From NCBI GenBank assembly GCA_963728565.1, contig CAVSLC010000012.1:1-64000 (forward strand): a stretch of 64,000 bases of DNA. The letters run 5' to 3'. This stretch comes from an uncultured delta proteobacterium. Lineage in GTDB: Bacteria > Desulfobacterota > Binatia > UBA9968. The position numbers and the translations under genes are program-made. A model generated the notes under the pieces. It was not told the origin of the DNA and did not search any database. It saw only the letters and a program-made list of their open reading frames with translations. This document shows, in pieces, positions 1 to 9,946 of the stretch. Within the stretch, counting starts at the first letter, position 1; each line of letters starts with the position of its first letter.

Positions 1-4
1 CGAA

Positions 5-583
5 ATGGGGCAGAAGCTAACGGAGAAATTCGGTGTGCCGGTGGCCGCCGGACTGACAGCGGAGGTCGAGGCGTTGAAGGCAATGAAAATCAAAAAGCTC
101 GTTGTCGGCACGCCCTACGAGGACGAGATCAATCAGAGATTGAAGCGGCATCTGGAAGCCTCCGGGTTCGAGGTGTTGCAGATCGCCGGTTACGGCGTCC
201 GGAAAAATGCCCAACTCACCGATCTTCCGGTTCATGCCTCCTACAAAATCGCCAAGCGCCTCTACGCCAAAGGGCGCGACGCCGACGGCATTTTCATCCC
301 GTGCCCCCGCTGGCCGACGATTGCGGATGTGGCATTGCTCGAAGAGGAGATCGGCAAGCCGGTGATCACCAGCAGCTTGGCGTGTATCTGGCACGCGATG
401 AAGCTCATCGACATCAGGGAAAATGTGAGCGGTTATGGCCGGCTAATGGCAAGCTTGGAAAGTAACCAAGGCTTAGCCCGCCTATTCCAGCGCGCTGCCC
501 CAGACTTTTGCCGCCTTCTCGACCATTACATCGAGCTTGCGGAATTGTTCGTCCTCGCTGAGAAGATTTCCCATGATGCTTGA
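5..583 (+). CDS. Maleate isomerase / arylmalonate decarboxylase (Asp/Glu racemase superfamily) protein, 5'-truncated by the window edge
   Basis: TPY-x4-N motif, 'ADGIFIPC' with the C-terminal Cys, and 'LEEEIGKPVITS'. The last ~35 codons overlap the convergent gene and may be read-through. Confidence 0.75.
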   Translation: MGQKLTEKFGVPVAAGLTAEVEALKAMKIKKLVVGTPYEDEINQRLKRHLEASGFEVLQIAGYGVRKNAQLTDLPVHASYKIAKRLYAKGRDADGIFIPCPRWPTIADVALLEEEIGKPVITSSLACIWHAMKLIDIRENVSGYGRLMASLESNQGLARLFQRAAPDFCRLLDHYIELAELFVLAEKISHDA

Positions 584-1642
584 GGCAAAGCCGCATTGCG
601 GGCTCAACGCAAGCTGCTCGATGGGGATATAGCGGGCCGCCTCATCGATGCGCCGCCTCAGTTCATCGACGGTTTCGACTCGGCCCACCTTGGTGGTAAT
701 CAGACCTAAAACAACCGTCTTGCCTTTCGGAACCAAGCGCAGGGGCTCAAGCTGCCGGCCCGTTCGGTGTCGTATTCGAGCAGCAGGCGTGGGTGATTCA
801 GGCCGTTGAAAAAGCTTCTCCGCAATGGCATCATAGCTGCCTTCGCGGTGCCACATGCTTTGGCGGTTGCCCCGGCATAAGTGAATTCCGAACGTGATAT
901 CGGGAAAACCGGCAATGACTTGATTGTCGGCTATGATCGAGCGCTCCATATTCCGCTCCGGATCTTCGCCGCGGGCGCACATGGCAGCCAACGACGGGCC
1001 ATCCACATAGGCGGTGTAACCCGGAGCATCGATGCCGACGTAGCGACAGCCCGCTTCGGCCAATTGACCGATCATTTGGCGTTCGACCGCAACCACATCC
1101 GCAACAAAATCGTCGATCGAGGGATAGACCGAACGTGAGCTATCGCTATCAAAGCACTGCGTGATTCTATCGGGGCCGATCAAGCTTACCTTGACTGGTC
1201 GGCGGGTCAGGCTCTGCGCGAAGCTGTAGTCCTCGAGCAAGCGATTGCGCAGCAGCCGCAACCTTTGTGTTACACGCTTGCGATTGAGAAGAATGGGATC
1301 CTGCCCCTTCTCTGTTTTCGACTCTTCGGTATCTTCACGAGCGAGAATGTTGTGGTAAGTCTTTACGCCGCTCTGCCATTCTTCGACGCCGGCGACAACC
1401 GAGAAGCTCTCCATGAAGTTGGTCCGACGAAACTCGCCATCGACGACCAGAGGCAGATGATGCGCCTCTTGCATGGCGATGACTTCACGGATCGCCTCAT
1501 CTTGAATTTTTTGCAGCTCCTCCTCCGAGATCTCGCCGCTACCCCATTTAGAAAATGCGTGTTTCAGCTTGGCGGGCCGGAGCAGGCTCCCTACCAAATC
1601 GACACGCAATAAGCTCAAATTTTCAGCTAAGGAAAGCGTCAT
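482..1642 (-). CDS. Cobalamin-independent methionine synthase II family protein (core MetE C-terminal-like domain)
   Basis: VGSLLRP, DGEFRR, HLCRGN and LSPQCGFAS motifs. The LLLEYD segment lies in another frame (ORF 706..915), implying compensating indels near 750 and 810. Confidence 0.85.
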   Translation of the reverse strand: MTLSLAENLSLLRVDLVGSLLRPAKLKHAFSKWGSGEISEEELQKIQDEAIREVIAMQEAHHLPLVVDGEFRRTNFMESFSVVAGVEEWQSGVKTYHNILAREDTEESKTEKGQDPILLNRKRVTQRLRLLRNRLLEDYSFAQSLTRRPVKVSLIGPDRITQCFDSDSSRSVYPSIDDFVADVVAVERQMIGQLAEAGCRYVGIDAPGYTAYVDGPSLAAMCARGEDPERNMERSIIADNQVIAGFPDITFGIHLCRGNRQSMWHREGSYDAIAEKLFQRPESPTPAARIRHRTGRQLEPLRLVPKGKTVVLGLITTKVGRVETVDELRRRIDEAARYIPIEQLALSPQCGFASSIMGNLLSEDEQFRKLDVMVEKAAKVWGSALE

Positions 1643-1999
1643 ATTCTATTTCCTTTATGGTCCGCCAATTAATCCAGCATCCGCTGCCATGCGCCGGAGC
1701 AACGCCAAAGCGACTGCTGTTGGAACCTATTCGTGCGCATAGTGACACTCGACCGACTCTCCGGCATTGCCGTGTAGAAGGCTAGGATGATATGAATCGA
1801 TATATACTAAATTGCGGCAGTACAGTAGTTTTCGCCTCCTGCTGAATATTCGGCCTGACCGGCAAAAACGTCGGACTATAACTGTTGGTGTTGATTAGGG
1901 TTTCGCCTAAACACAGGCAGCCGACAGCACGCTCTTGGATTTTTGACCTATGAGGATCGACCGCGTGACCAGTCCGACGGCGTTAAAACTTAATACCTG

Positions 2000-2485
2000 A
2001 TGGACACCGTTCAAGCCTACTACTTACTTGCCGCGCTGGTGGTCCTTGCCGGTCTGGCCGGTCTCGTGCTTCCGGGGCTGCCAGGATCACCGCTGATCTT
2101 TGCCGGGCTTTTTATCGCCGCTTGGGCTGAAGATTTTGTCTACGTCGGCGCCGGTACATTGATTGTCCTGGCGGTGCTCGCGGTCCTTACTTATGCCGTC
2201 GACTTCTGGGCAACTATGTTCGGCGCCAAGAAATTCGGCGCGTCCAAGCGCGCTGTCTTCGGCGCACTGATCGGCGCCGTGGTCGGCCTTTTTCTTGGTC
2301 TTCCGGGTGTTATCTTCGGTCCCTTCATCGGCGCGGTCATTGGCGAGCTTTCGGCTCAACGCGGCCTTCAAGACGCTGCCCGCGCCGGCTTCGGCGCTAC
2401 GATCGGTCTGGCAATTGGCGTCGCCGTCAAGATGGCCGTGGCATTCTCGATGATCGGAATCTTTATCTTCGCCCGATTTCTTTAA
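2000..2485 (+). CDS. DUF456 family membrane protein
   Basis: LPGLPG, 'AKKFGASK', 'GPFIGAVIGEL'; hydrophobic throughout. Confidence 0.8.
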   Translation: MDTVQAYYLLAALVVLAGLAGLVLPGLPGSPLIFAGLFIAAWAEDFVYVGAGTLIVLAVLAVLTYAVDFWATMFGAKKFGASKRAVFGALIGAVVGLFLGLPGVIFGPFIGAVIGELSAQRGLQDAARAGFGATIGLAIGVAVKMAVAFSMIGIFIFARFL

Positions 2486-2608
2486 CCTTCGAAAACCTCA
2501 AATCGGCAATCGCTAAAGCAATCACGAAACAAGCACGACCGCGCTGTTGCGCGTGTAGCTGCCGAGATACTATGTTGATGCGTTGGATGTGAAAGGAGAC
2601 TCGAGAGA

Positions 2609-3541
2609 ATGCGCGCGCTAAGAATGTCTTTGATAGTGATAACCTGGGTGCTGCTTTCACATCATGAAGCTGTTTCCATCACCATCGCCACCGGTTCCCA
2701 GGAAGGGACGTACTACAAGATCGCTCAAGACATCAAACAGATCGCCGAAAAAGAAGGAATCCCGATCGAGGTCATTTCAACCAATGGCTCCTTCGACAAC
2801 ATCAACTTGCTGGGCGCCGGGACGGTTGATCTGGCAATTGTGCAATTGGACGTTTTAAAATTCGTCTCGGAGATTATGCAAAAGGAAGCCGACTTCAACG
2901 TGTTCGAGCAAGCAAAGGTCGTCCTCAATCTTTATCTGGAAGAAATTCATGTGATCACCAGGAATGAAGGCTTGCTCTCGCTTTATCAGCTCGAGGGGAA
3001 AAAAGTCGCCGTGGGCCCGCAGCGGAGCGGCTCCGCTTTAAGCGCCGAAGTCTTATTGGCAGGTTACGATCTGCGCGTACAAGCCGTTTTCGACGCGCCG
3101 AACGATGCCCTGGGAAAGCTCAAAAGCGGAGAAATCGATGCCATGATTTTTGTCGGCGGCGCGCCCGTTCCCGCGTTTGAAAACTTGGACGATAGTTTTC
3201 GTTTAGTGCGCATGCCGGCAAACAGCGTGCTGGAACAAATCTATCGGAAACAAAAACTCGGGCGATCCGTCTACCCATGGGCGGGCGATAGCGAAACCTA
3301 TGCTGTTCCATCCGTAATCATGACTCGCGAACGCAGTGATCGCGAGTACGTCGCGACTCTGCAGAAACTGCTCATAGCCATTCTGCTCAACAAAGAGACT
3401 CTGGACTCAACCGGACATCCGAAATGGCAGAGCTCGTTTATCCGTTCAATTGTAGGTAACGCCGGTTATCGTCCCGCCGTCGATGTTCTGCAGATCTTTA
3501 ATATTTTAGAGGGCAGTGGCTACCGTATCATCAAAAAGTAA
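2609..3541 (+). CDS. TAXI-family TRAP transporter solute-binding protein
   Basis: Signal peptide, 'IATGSQEGTYY', 'STNGSFDN', 'LYLEEIHV', 'GKKVAVGPQRSGS'. Confidence 0.85.
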   Translation: MRALRMSLIVITWVLLSHHEAVSITIATGSQEGTYYKIAQDIKQIAEKEGIPIEVISTNGSFDNINLLGAGTVDLAIVQLDVLKFVSEIMQKEADFNVFEQAKVVLNLYLEEIHVITRNEGLLSLYQLEGKKVAVGPQRSGSALSAEVLLAGYDLRVQAVFDAPNDALGKLKSGEIDAMIFVGGAPVPAFENLDDSFRLVRMPANSVLEQIYRKQKLGRSVYPWAGDSETYAVPSVIMTRERSDREYVATLQKLLIAILLNKETLDSTGHPKWQSSFIRSIVGNAGYRPAVDVLQIFNILEGSGYRIIKK

Positions 3542-3634
3542 AGCAGGTGCAAGCGACTGCGATCGAAATTGCCGCCGGAAGAGCCGATAGCCGTTCTATC
3601 CGACAAAAATCTTGTAAACGACTGGAGATGCGCC

Positions 3635-4000
3635 TCACGGATCGTCGCGATGAACAGTGTCGGGCGAAAAGGCCGGCAGGCAAACTGCAAGGTATTCCGC
3701 GCCCGCGGCACCGGGCGTGCTGTAGCGCACCCACTCACCGGCATTGACTATAATGGCTTGCCCGGCGGAAACCTGATGCACAGCATCGCGCGTCTCGACC
3801 TGCAGTTGACCGCGCAATACAACGGTGAACTCGTCGAACTCCGGCGTCTGACCTTGCTCACGCCACCCTGACGGGCTGGTCATTTTGGCGATGCTAAGTT
3901 TGGACGTTGCAGAATTCACCCGGCCGATAAACTCTTCGATAATCTTGGGCGGCTGCCCTGCCGCCGGGATAACTGTCGGTGCTGCAAAGAGTCTTGCCAT
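3635..4000 (-). CDS. Cupin domain protein
   Basis: 'KIIEEFIGRVNS', 'GQTPEFDEFTVVLRG', 'EWVRYSTP', 'CLPAFSP' fit a small cupin family. Confidence 0.75.
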   Translation of the reverse strand: MARLFAAPTVIPAAGQPPKIIEEFIGRVNSATSKLSIAKMTSPSGWREQGQTPEFDEFTVVLRGQLQVETRDAVHQVSAGQAIIVNAGEWVRYSTPGAAGAEYLAVCLPAFSPDTVHRDDP

Positions 4001-4185
4001 GGTGAAAAACTACATGCAAAAATCGACAAGCGCAATTGAGTTGAGGCGGCGTCATTCAATCCGCTTGCTCCGGTGGGATAATAGCGCGCTGGTCTTGACC
4101 AACTTCTGCGCGAAACGCCGGCGCGGCAACAGGCGGAGTCGATTCTGAACGAACGCGGAAGAGTCAAAACGGCGACAAGTGATCG

Positions 4186-4812
4186 ATGGACAATCTAGCG
4201 CAATTTGCTCTGGTGTCGCTGACGTCGCTGCTGTTTATCGTCGATCCGATTGCGGTAGTTCCGGCTTACCTGGTTATCACTAATGATGAGGCAGCCGAAG
4301 ACCAGCGGCGCACTGCTAAACGGGCCTGCATCGTTATGACGATTCTGCTGATATTTTTTGCCGCGACAGGTAATTTGCTGTTCCGCGCATTTGCAATCAC
4401 GCTGCCCGCGTTTAGAACCGCGGGTGGATTAATTCTCTGGTATGTTGCCATGGACATGCTGCGTGGCGAGCGGCGCACTCAGGGAGGACAAGAAGAAGTG
4501 CTCGAGGGCCAGACCAAGGAAGACGTGGCCATCACGCCGCTTGCGATTCCGATGCTCGCCGGACCAGGCGCAATTTCGACAGTCATTGTACTTTCGTCCC
4601 AAGCACGAGGTCTGCTTGAGTTGGGAGTCGTCTACGGCTCGGTGGTCGTGACAGGGCTGGTCTCGTATTTCGTCTTGCGGCTCGGCGAAGTGCTGCTGAG
4701 GCGGCTTGGCAAGACCGGAATCAGAGTTTTGACTCGAATCATGGGGTTGATCTTGGCCGCAGTGGCAGTTCAGTTTGTTTTGAGCGGAATCAAGGAGGCT
4801 TTCGGCATTTGA
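4186..4812 (+). CDS. MarC family (NAAT) membrane protein
   Basis: 'IVDPI', 'PLAIPMLAGPGAI', 'RIMGLILAAVAVQ'. Confidence 0.9.
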   Translation: MDNLAQFALVSLTSLLFIVDPIAVVPAYLVITNDEAAEDQRRTAKRACIVMTILLIFFAATGNLLFRAFAITLPAFRTAGGLILWYVAMDMLRGERRTQGGQEEVLEGQTKEDVAITPLAIPMLAGPGAISTVIVLSSQARGLLELGVVYGSVVVTGLVSYFVLRLGEVLLRRLGKTGIRVLTRIMGLILAAVAVQFVLSGIKEAFGI

Positions 4813-4941
4813 TGCTCCGAGTTTTTAGTCTAACAGGGTGCTTGCCGCCGCAAACATCGAGTATGCCGATGAACCGGTTATTCGACCAGGACGTTTGCTT
4901 ATTACCCCGTTCAATTACGACGACGAGAGGAGAAAAAGACC

Positions 4942-5682
4942 ATGGAGTGGATATTTGACCCGCAGGCATGGATTGCCTTCGCCACGCTGCTCGCGCTAGA
5001 GATCGTTCTTGGAATCGATAATATCGTTTTTATTTCCATCCTCGCTGGAAAACTACCCGCCTCTCAGCAAGCCCAGGCCCGTTATGTCGGCCTTGGTTTG
5101 GCCATGGTGATGCGCATCATTCTTCTTTTTTCGATCTCCTGGGTCATCGGCCTGACGGCGCCGCTCTTTACTGTCTTTCAACAAGAAATTTCCGGGCGCG
5201 ACATCATCTTGCTGGTCGGCGGCCTTTTTCTCATCGCAAAAAGCACGCATGAGATTCACCAGCGTCTCGAAGGCGAGGAAGAACACGCCTCGGCGGCGGC
5301 AGCGGCGACTTTTACCAGTGTGATCGTTCAGATACTTTTGCTCGATATCGTTTTCTCTCTCGATTCGGTCATCACCGCAGTTGGCATGGTCGACGATATC
5401 AGTATCATGATTTCCGCCGTGGTTATTGCGGTGTTATTCATGATGGCATTTGCCGGCCCCATTGGCCGCTTCGTAGAACGGCATCCAACGGTGAAAATGT
5501 TGGCGCTGAGCTTTTTACTATTGATCGGCATGACTCTCGTCGCCGAAGGTTTCGATCAACATATATCGAAAGGTTACATCTACTCCGCCATGGCGTTCTC
5601 GGTGTTTGTAGAAGTACTCAATCTCAACGCCAAAAAAACTAAAGCCGCGCCGGTGAAGCTACGCCAACGCTATGCAGAATAA
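4942..5682 (+). CDS. TerC family membrane protein
   Basis: 'LEIVLGIDN' and 'DIVFSLDSVITAVG'; GAGGAG RBS upstream. Confidence 0.9.
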   Translation: MEWIFDPQAWIAFATLLALEIVLGIDNIVFISILAGKLPASQQAQARYVGLGLAMVMRIILLFSISWVIGLTAPLFTVFQQEISGRDIILLVGGLFLIAKSTHEIHQRLEGEEEHASAAAAATFTSVIVQILLLDIVFSLDSVITAVGMVDDISIMISAVVIAVLFMMAFAGPIGRFVERHPTVKMLALSFLLLIGMTLVAEGFDQHISKGYIYSAMAFSVFVEVLNLNAKKTKAAPVKLRQRYAE

Positions 5683-5840
5683 TGAGCGGGATTATGGAAT
5701 ATGGCTACAGACACTACGATGTCGGTTTTGCCTGAGCTATAGCAGACGGTCGTCACGACTACATTGCAAGAAGCCGTGCCGCCCCTGAATCTGTGATAGA
5801 CTTAATTTCTCCCGGTCCCGCGGGGATCTCAGCGTGATCC

Positions 5841-7343
5841 ATGTTTGAGTCGCTAGCGAGCCTTCTCCACGGCTTTAACATCGCTCTGCAGCCTCAAAAC
5901 CTTCTTTATTGCTTCATCGGCGTCACCATGGGAACTCTGGTCGGGGTTCTACCCGGAATCGGTCCGACGGCTACAATCGCGCTGCTTTTGCCTGCCACCT
6001 TCGCGCTCAATCCGATCTCCGCCATCATCATGCTCTCCGGCATTTGCTACGGCGCCATGTACGGCGGCTCAACTACTTCAATCCTGCTGAATATCCCTGG
6101 AGAAGCTTCTTCCGTCGTTACTTGTTTCGACGGCTATCAGATGGCCCGCCAGGGCCGAGCCGGCGCCGCCCTCGGTATTTCCGCATTCGCATCCTTTATT
6201 GCCGGCACGTTCAGCATCTTCGGTCTCATTCTGCTCGCGCCGACGCTGGCTAATTTCGCGCTTCGATTCGGTCCGCCGGAGTATTTTGCCCTGATGGTAA
6301 TGGGTTTAACGGTAGTCGCCTATCTGGCGAGAAAATCGATGGCCAAAGCTCTGCTGATGGCGGTTGTCGGCATCCTGCTCGGATGCATCGGCCTCGATCC
6401 GATCACGGCGACGCCGCGGTTCACTTTCGGCATGCTGGAACTGGCGGACGGCATCGGCATAGCGCCAGTGGTCATGGGCCTCTTCGGCATCGCCGAAGTT
6501 CTGGAGAACCTCGGCGTGCAACGCAAGACCGAAGTCTTTGCCGAAAAAATAAAAGGGCTTTTCCCCAACCGTGAAGACTGGAAACGGTGCGCCGGCCCCA
6601 TGGCTCGCGGCTCTCTGTTAGGATTTTCTCTCGGGCTCTTGCCGGGTGTCGGAGCCATCGTGCCGCAGTTTTTAAGCTATGCCCTGGAAAAGAATCTCTC
6701 GCGGTACCCCGAGCGATTTGGCAACGGCGCCATCGAAGGCGTCGCTTCGCCGGAGGCCTGCAACAACGCCGCGGTCGGCGGCACCTTCATCCCGCTCCTC
6801 AGCTTGGGCATACCTTCTACGGCGATGACAGCAATCTTGCTCGGCGCGCTCATGATCTATGGTCTCACCCCCGGCCCTTTGTTGATCAAGAATTCCCCCG
6901 ATCTGTTTTGGGGCGTAATCGCGAGCATGTACATCGGCAACCTTATGCTCTTGATCCTCAACCTGCCGCTGATTCCCCTGTGGGTGCGTGTACTGAAGAT
7001 CCCTTATGCTTACCTTTCTTGCTTCATCATTCTCTTTTGTCTGATCGGCGCCTACAGCCTCAACAACAGCACCACCGATATTTATGTCGCGATCGTCTTT
7101 AGCGTAGTCGGACTTCTCATGAAAAAATTCGCCTTCGAGCCCGCGCCGCTGGTGCTAGCATTCGTATTGGGTCCTTTGCTCGAAACCGCTTTAAGGCGCT
7201 CGCTAATCCAATCAGACGGCAGCCTTTTGATCTTCCTGCAGCGGCCGATCTCGGCGGCGTTCATTGTATTTTCCATGGCTGTGCTCATCGCGCCGCTGTT
7301 TAGCCGTATAAGATTGGGGCGTGGACTCAGTGAAGAGGACTAA
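5841..7343 (+). CDS. tctA: Tripartite tricarboxylate transporter large permease
   Basis: 'GVLPGIG', 'YGGS..SILLNIPGE', 'PEACNNA', 'LGIP'. Confidence 0.92.
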   Translation: MFESLASLLHGFNIALQPQNLLYCFIGVTMGTLVGVLPGIGPTATIALLLPATFALNPISAIIMLSGICYGAMYGGSTTSILLNIPGEASSVVTCFDGYQMARQGRAGAALGISAFASFIAGTFSIFGLILLAPTLANFALRFGPPEYFALMVMGLTVVAYLARKSMAKALLMAVVGILLGCIGLDPITATPRFTFGMLELADGIGIAPVVMGLFGIAEVLENLGVQRKTEVFAEKIKGLFPNREDWKRCAGPMARGSLLGFSLGLLPGVGAIVPQFLSYALEKNLSRYPERFGNGAIEGVASPEACNNAAVGGTFIPLLSLGIPSTAMTAILLGALMIYGLTPGPLLIKNSPDLFWGVIASMYIGNLMLLILNLPLIPLWVRVLKIPYAYLSCFIILFCLIGAYSLNNSTTDIYVAIVFSVVGLLMKKFAFEPAPLVLAFVLGPLLETALRRSLIQSDGSLLIFLQRPISAAFIVFSMAVLIAPLFSRIRLGRGLSEED

Positions 7344-7791
7344 AGCAATCGCCGCGAGCGCCGGCACGCTCTTCTGGATTGCTGTCGGACTACTGGCATC
7401 TTATGGAGCGACCGGGCTCGGCGTAGGAAGCATCACCGATCCGGGCGCTGGTTTTATTTTCTTCTGGTCGGGACTGCTTCTGATCGTCTTATCCCTTGTC
7501 GTCTTTGCCGATGCGCTTCGTAGCTTCGAGAATACTCTGCGGCAATTGCCGGAAATAAACTGGCCGAAGATTGCTCTGGTACTTTTTGCCCTCTTGTTAT
7601 ACGCCTTCTTCTTGGAAAAACTCGGGTTTGTTTTTACGACATCTGTTCTTATGATTTTTTTGCTGGGCTGCATCCAGGGCGCGGGCTGGTTCCGATCCTT
7701 CGTGGTAGCAGGCGCGGCGGCGCTAACGAGCTATGGGATGTTCGAGCTCTGGCTAAAGATTAGGCTTCCTAAAGGGATCCTCGGTTTCTGA
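7330..7791 (+). CDS. tctB: Tripartite tricarboxylate transporter small subunit
   Basis: 'PGAGF', 'LEKLGF', C-terminal 'LPKG'; lies between tctA and tctC. GTG start assumed. Confidence 0.85.
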   Translation: MKRTKAIAASAGTLFWIAVGLLASYGATGLGVGSITDPGAGFIFFWSGLLLIVLSLVVFADALRSFENTLRQLPEINWPKIALVLFALLLYAFFLEKLGFVFTTSVLMIFLLGCIQGAGWFRSFVVAGAAALTSYGMFELWLKIRLPKGILGF

Positions 7792-7808
7792 TTCGAAAGG
7801 AGAAAAAT

Positions 7809-8807
7809 ATGGCTCTCTCGTATGATAAAATTTGGCTGACGCTCGCTTTGGTGCAAGCGATCGCTCTTGGGTCGGCAGCATCACAGTCCTGGTCACAGGA
7901 AAAATATCCTTCAAGGCCGATCGAGATGGTCGTGGCATTTCCTGCAGGTGGTTTCGCCGACGTGACCGGCAGAATTTTCGCCGAAGAGATGTCGAAGGTT
8001 CTCAACACTCCCATCGCGCCGATCAATAAGGGCGGCGCCACCGGCAGCCTGGCCGCCACATCGATGCTCAGTGCAGCGAAGGATGGCTACAGCATTTTGG
8101 TAAACACGCTAGGCGGCATGGTTCTCGCGCCGGTTACCCTCAAAGATATCAAATACGACACCAACAAGGATTTTCATCCTGTGGCCTTCATCACGTCCGC
8201 TCCCGACGGACTGACCGTGCGCGCCGAGTCGCCGTATAAAAATCTCAACGACCTGATCGACGCGGCGCAAAAGAATCCGAGTAAACTATCTTATGGAACA
8301 GCGGGCACCGGCGTTGGCGGTCACTTCAATTCTCTGATTCTGTCCCAGGTCGCCGGCATCAAGATCAAACATGTCCCATACAAAGGCGGGGGCGAATACA
8401 TTCCGGCGCTCTTAGGCGGGCATCTGGATCTCGTCATCGGCACCGCAATCGCGACCCTGCCGCAGGAAAGCGCGGGCAAGCTCAGAACATTGGCGCTCCT
8501 GGGCGGCAACAAGATGAAAGGATTGCCTTCGGTCCCAACCACCGCCGAGCTGGGGATCAAAGGAAATTATCTCGATAGTTGGTCCGGCGCCTTCGTCACT
8601 GCCGGCACTCCCAAGCCGGTCATCGATACCCTCACAGCGGCGGCCGAGAAGGTGATCAAGTCAAAAGAATTCGGCGCCAGAATCGAAAAAACCGGTGGCA
8701 TCGTTCAATATATCGCGCCTGCCGATTTTCGCTCGTTGATCGAGCGCGATAAAAACACGGCGCTGGAAATAGCTAAGAAGGAAGGACTGGCGGAGGCGCC
8801 CAAGTGA
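7809..8807 (+). CDS. tctC: Tripartite tricarboxylate transporter substrate-binding protein (Bug/TctC)
   Basis: 'YPSRPIEMVVAFPAGG', 'HVPYKGGG', 'VPTTAELG'. Confidence 0.92.
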   Translation: MALSYDKIWLTLALVQAIALGSAASQSWSQEKYPSRPIEMVVAFPAGGFADVTGRIFAEEMSKVLNTPIAPINKGGATGSLAATSMLSAAKDGYSILVNTLGGMVLAPVTLKDIKYDTNKDFHPVAFITSAPDGLTVRAESPYKNLNDLIDAAQKNPSKLSYGTAGTGVGGHFNSLILSQVAGIKIKHVPYKGGGEYIPALLGGHLDLVIGTAIATLPQESAGKLRTLALLGGNKMKGLPSVPTTAELGIKGNYLDSWSGAFVTAGTPKPVIDTLTAAAEKVIKSKEFGARIEKTGGIVQYIAPADFRSLIERDKNTALEIAKKEGLAEAPK

Positions 8808-8980
8808 AAGAGACAAAAGTGCATATTCCAATACACTGAGGGCTGATATCCCCATGTAATACCGGCAGCCCTAATCATGTTAATGAATGCAGGTTTGTTT
8901 TTGAGACGGGTGAAGTCAATTCTATTACACTGCTCGAATTGCGGCAGTAGACTCAATAGTTAGACGTCAAGATCGCGAAC

Positions 8981-9390
8981 ATTGCGTACTTCATCGATTT
9001 GTTCTCGCCGGAAAATTACGATGAATTCGCGCGCTCAACTCGGGATATTTCCGGGTTCCGCCTTCGTCACAAGGGGATGGCAGATCGGATCAAATCAGGT
9101 GACGTCTTCGTCTGCTATTTGACTCGGCTATCCCGCTGGTTCGGACTGTTGGAAGTCATTGAAGGACCCTTCATTTACCCGCGGACTTGAGAGAGGCTCC
9201 AGCGCTTGGACTGGAAAGGTCCGCGGAAGCCTTGTACGTCTGGACGATCTCGACGGTAAATTTCTCGCGGAGAAAACTCACCGCTCAATCGACGCAGGAC
9301 AAACTGTATTCCCTTGATGAGCAAGACACCAAAAAGCTCCTGACTCACACTGTCAACCGTCCCGATAAGGTCGTTACCGTCGAGGAAGCG
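8981..9390 (+). pseudogene. Degraded remnant of an EVE-domain-like protein
   Basis: Fragments in different frames: 'YFIDLFSPENY...ISGFR...IKSGDVFVCYLTRLSRWFGLLEV', 'WTGKVRGSL' and 'THTVNRPDKVVTV'. No start codon, truncated. Family recalled from memory. Confidence 0.5.
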
Positions 9391-9518
9391 ATTGAACTAT
9401 ACACAAAATATGGCACGCTGCTGCCACCGCCGACCTCTGGGCGTGACTTTGCGACAAAGATGCAAAACGTTGCCTGATCGATCGATACGACCTCTCCCTG
9501 CACGCTGGATTAATTTAC

Positions 9519-9911
9519 TTACTCCGCCCGCGTGGTCAGCTCGATTTTGTAGCCGTTGGGATCTTCGAGGAAGGCGATGGCGTTGCTGCCGGTCCCATGT
9601 TTCATCGGACCGGGTTCCCGGACGATCTTCACTCCTTTGGCGCGTAGCTCTTCACAGGTCTTATAGACATCCGGCACGCCAAGGGCGATATGGCCGAAAC
9701 CGTTGCCGATATCATACGAATGCGTATCCCAATTGTATGTGAGTTCGATGACTGCTTCCGTCTCTTCGGAACCATAGCCAACAAAAACGTTGGTGAAGCG
9801 ACCGGACTCGTATTCGCGCTTTCTTAAAAGCTTCATGCCAAGCCCATCGCAATAAAACTTTAAACTCTCGTCAAGATCATTGACTCGGATCATCGTATGA
9901 ACAATTTTCAT
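9519..9911 (-). CDS. gloA: Lactoylglutathione lyase (glyoxalase I)
   Basis: 'HTMIRV', 'ELTYNW', 'GFGHIA', 'DPNGYKIEL'. Confidence 0.95.
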   Translation of the reverse strand: MKIVHTMIRVNDLDESLKFYCDGLGMKLLRKREYESGRFTNVFVGYGSEETEAVIELTYNWDTHSYDIGNGFGHIALGVPDVYKTCEELRAKGVKIVREPGPMKHGTGSNAIAFLEDPNGYKIELTTRAE

Positions 9912-9946
9912 CGCGCCTCTCCCTCGTCGTTAAATAACGCGACCGA

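Noticed and set aside
482-583. 102-bp convergent overlap of the isomerase and MetE-like ORFs
   Set aside because: The isomerase tail is probably read-through past the family's normal end; there is no evidence of function.
5764-5781. Sigma-54-like GGCAC...TTGCA on the - strand
   Set aside because: The GG-GC spacing is 11 nt rather than 10, and it points away from tctA.
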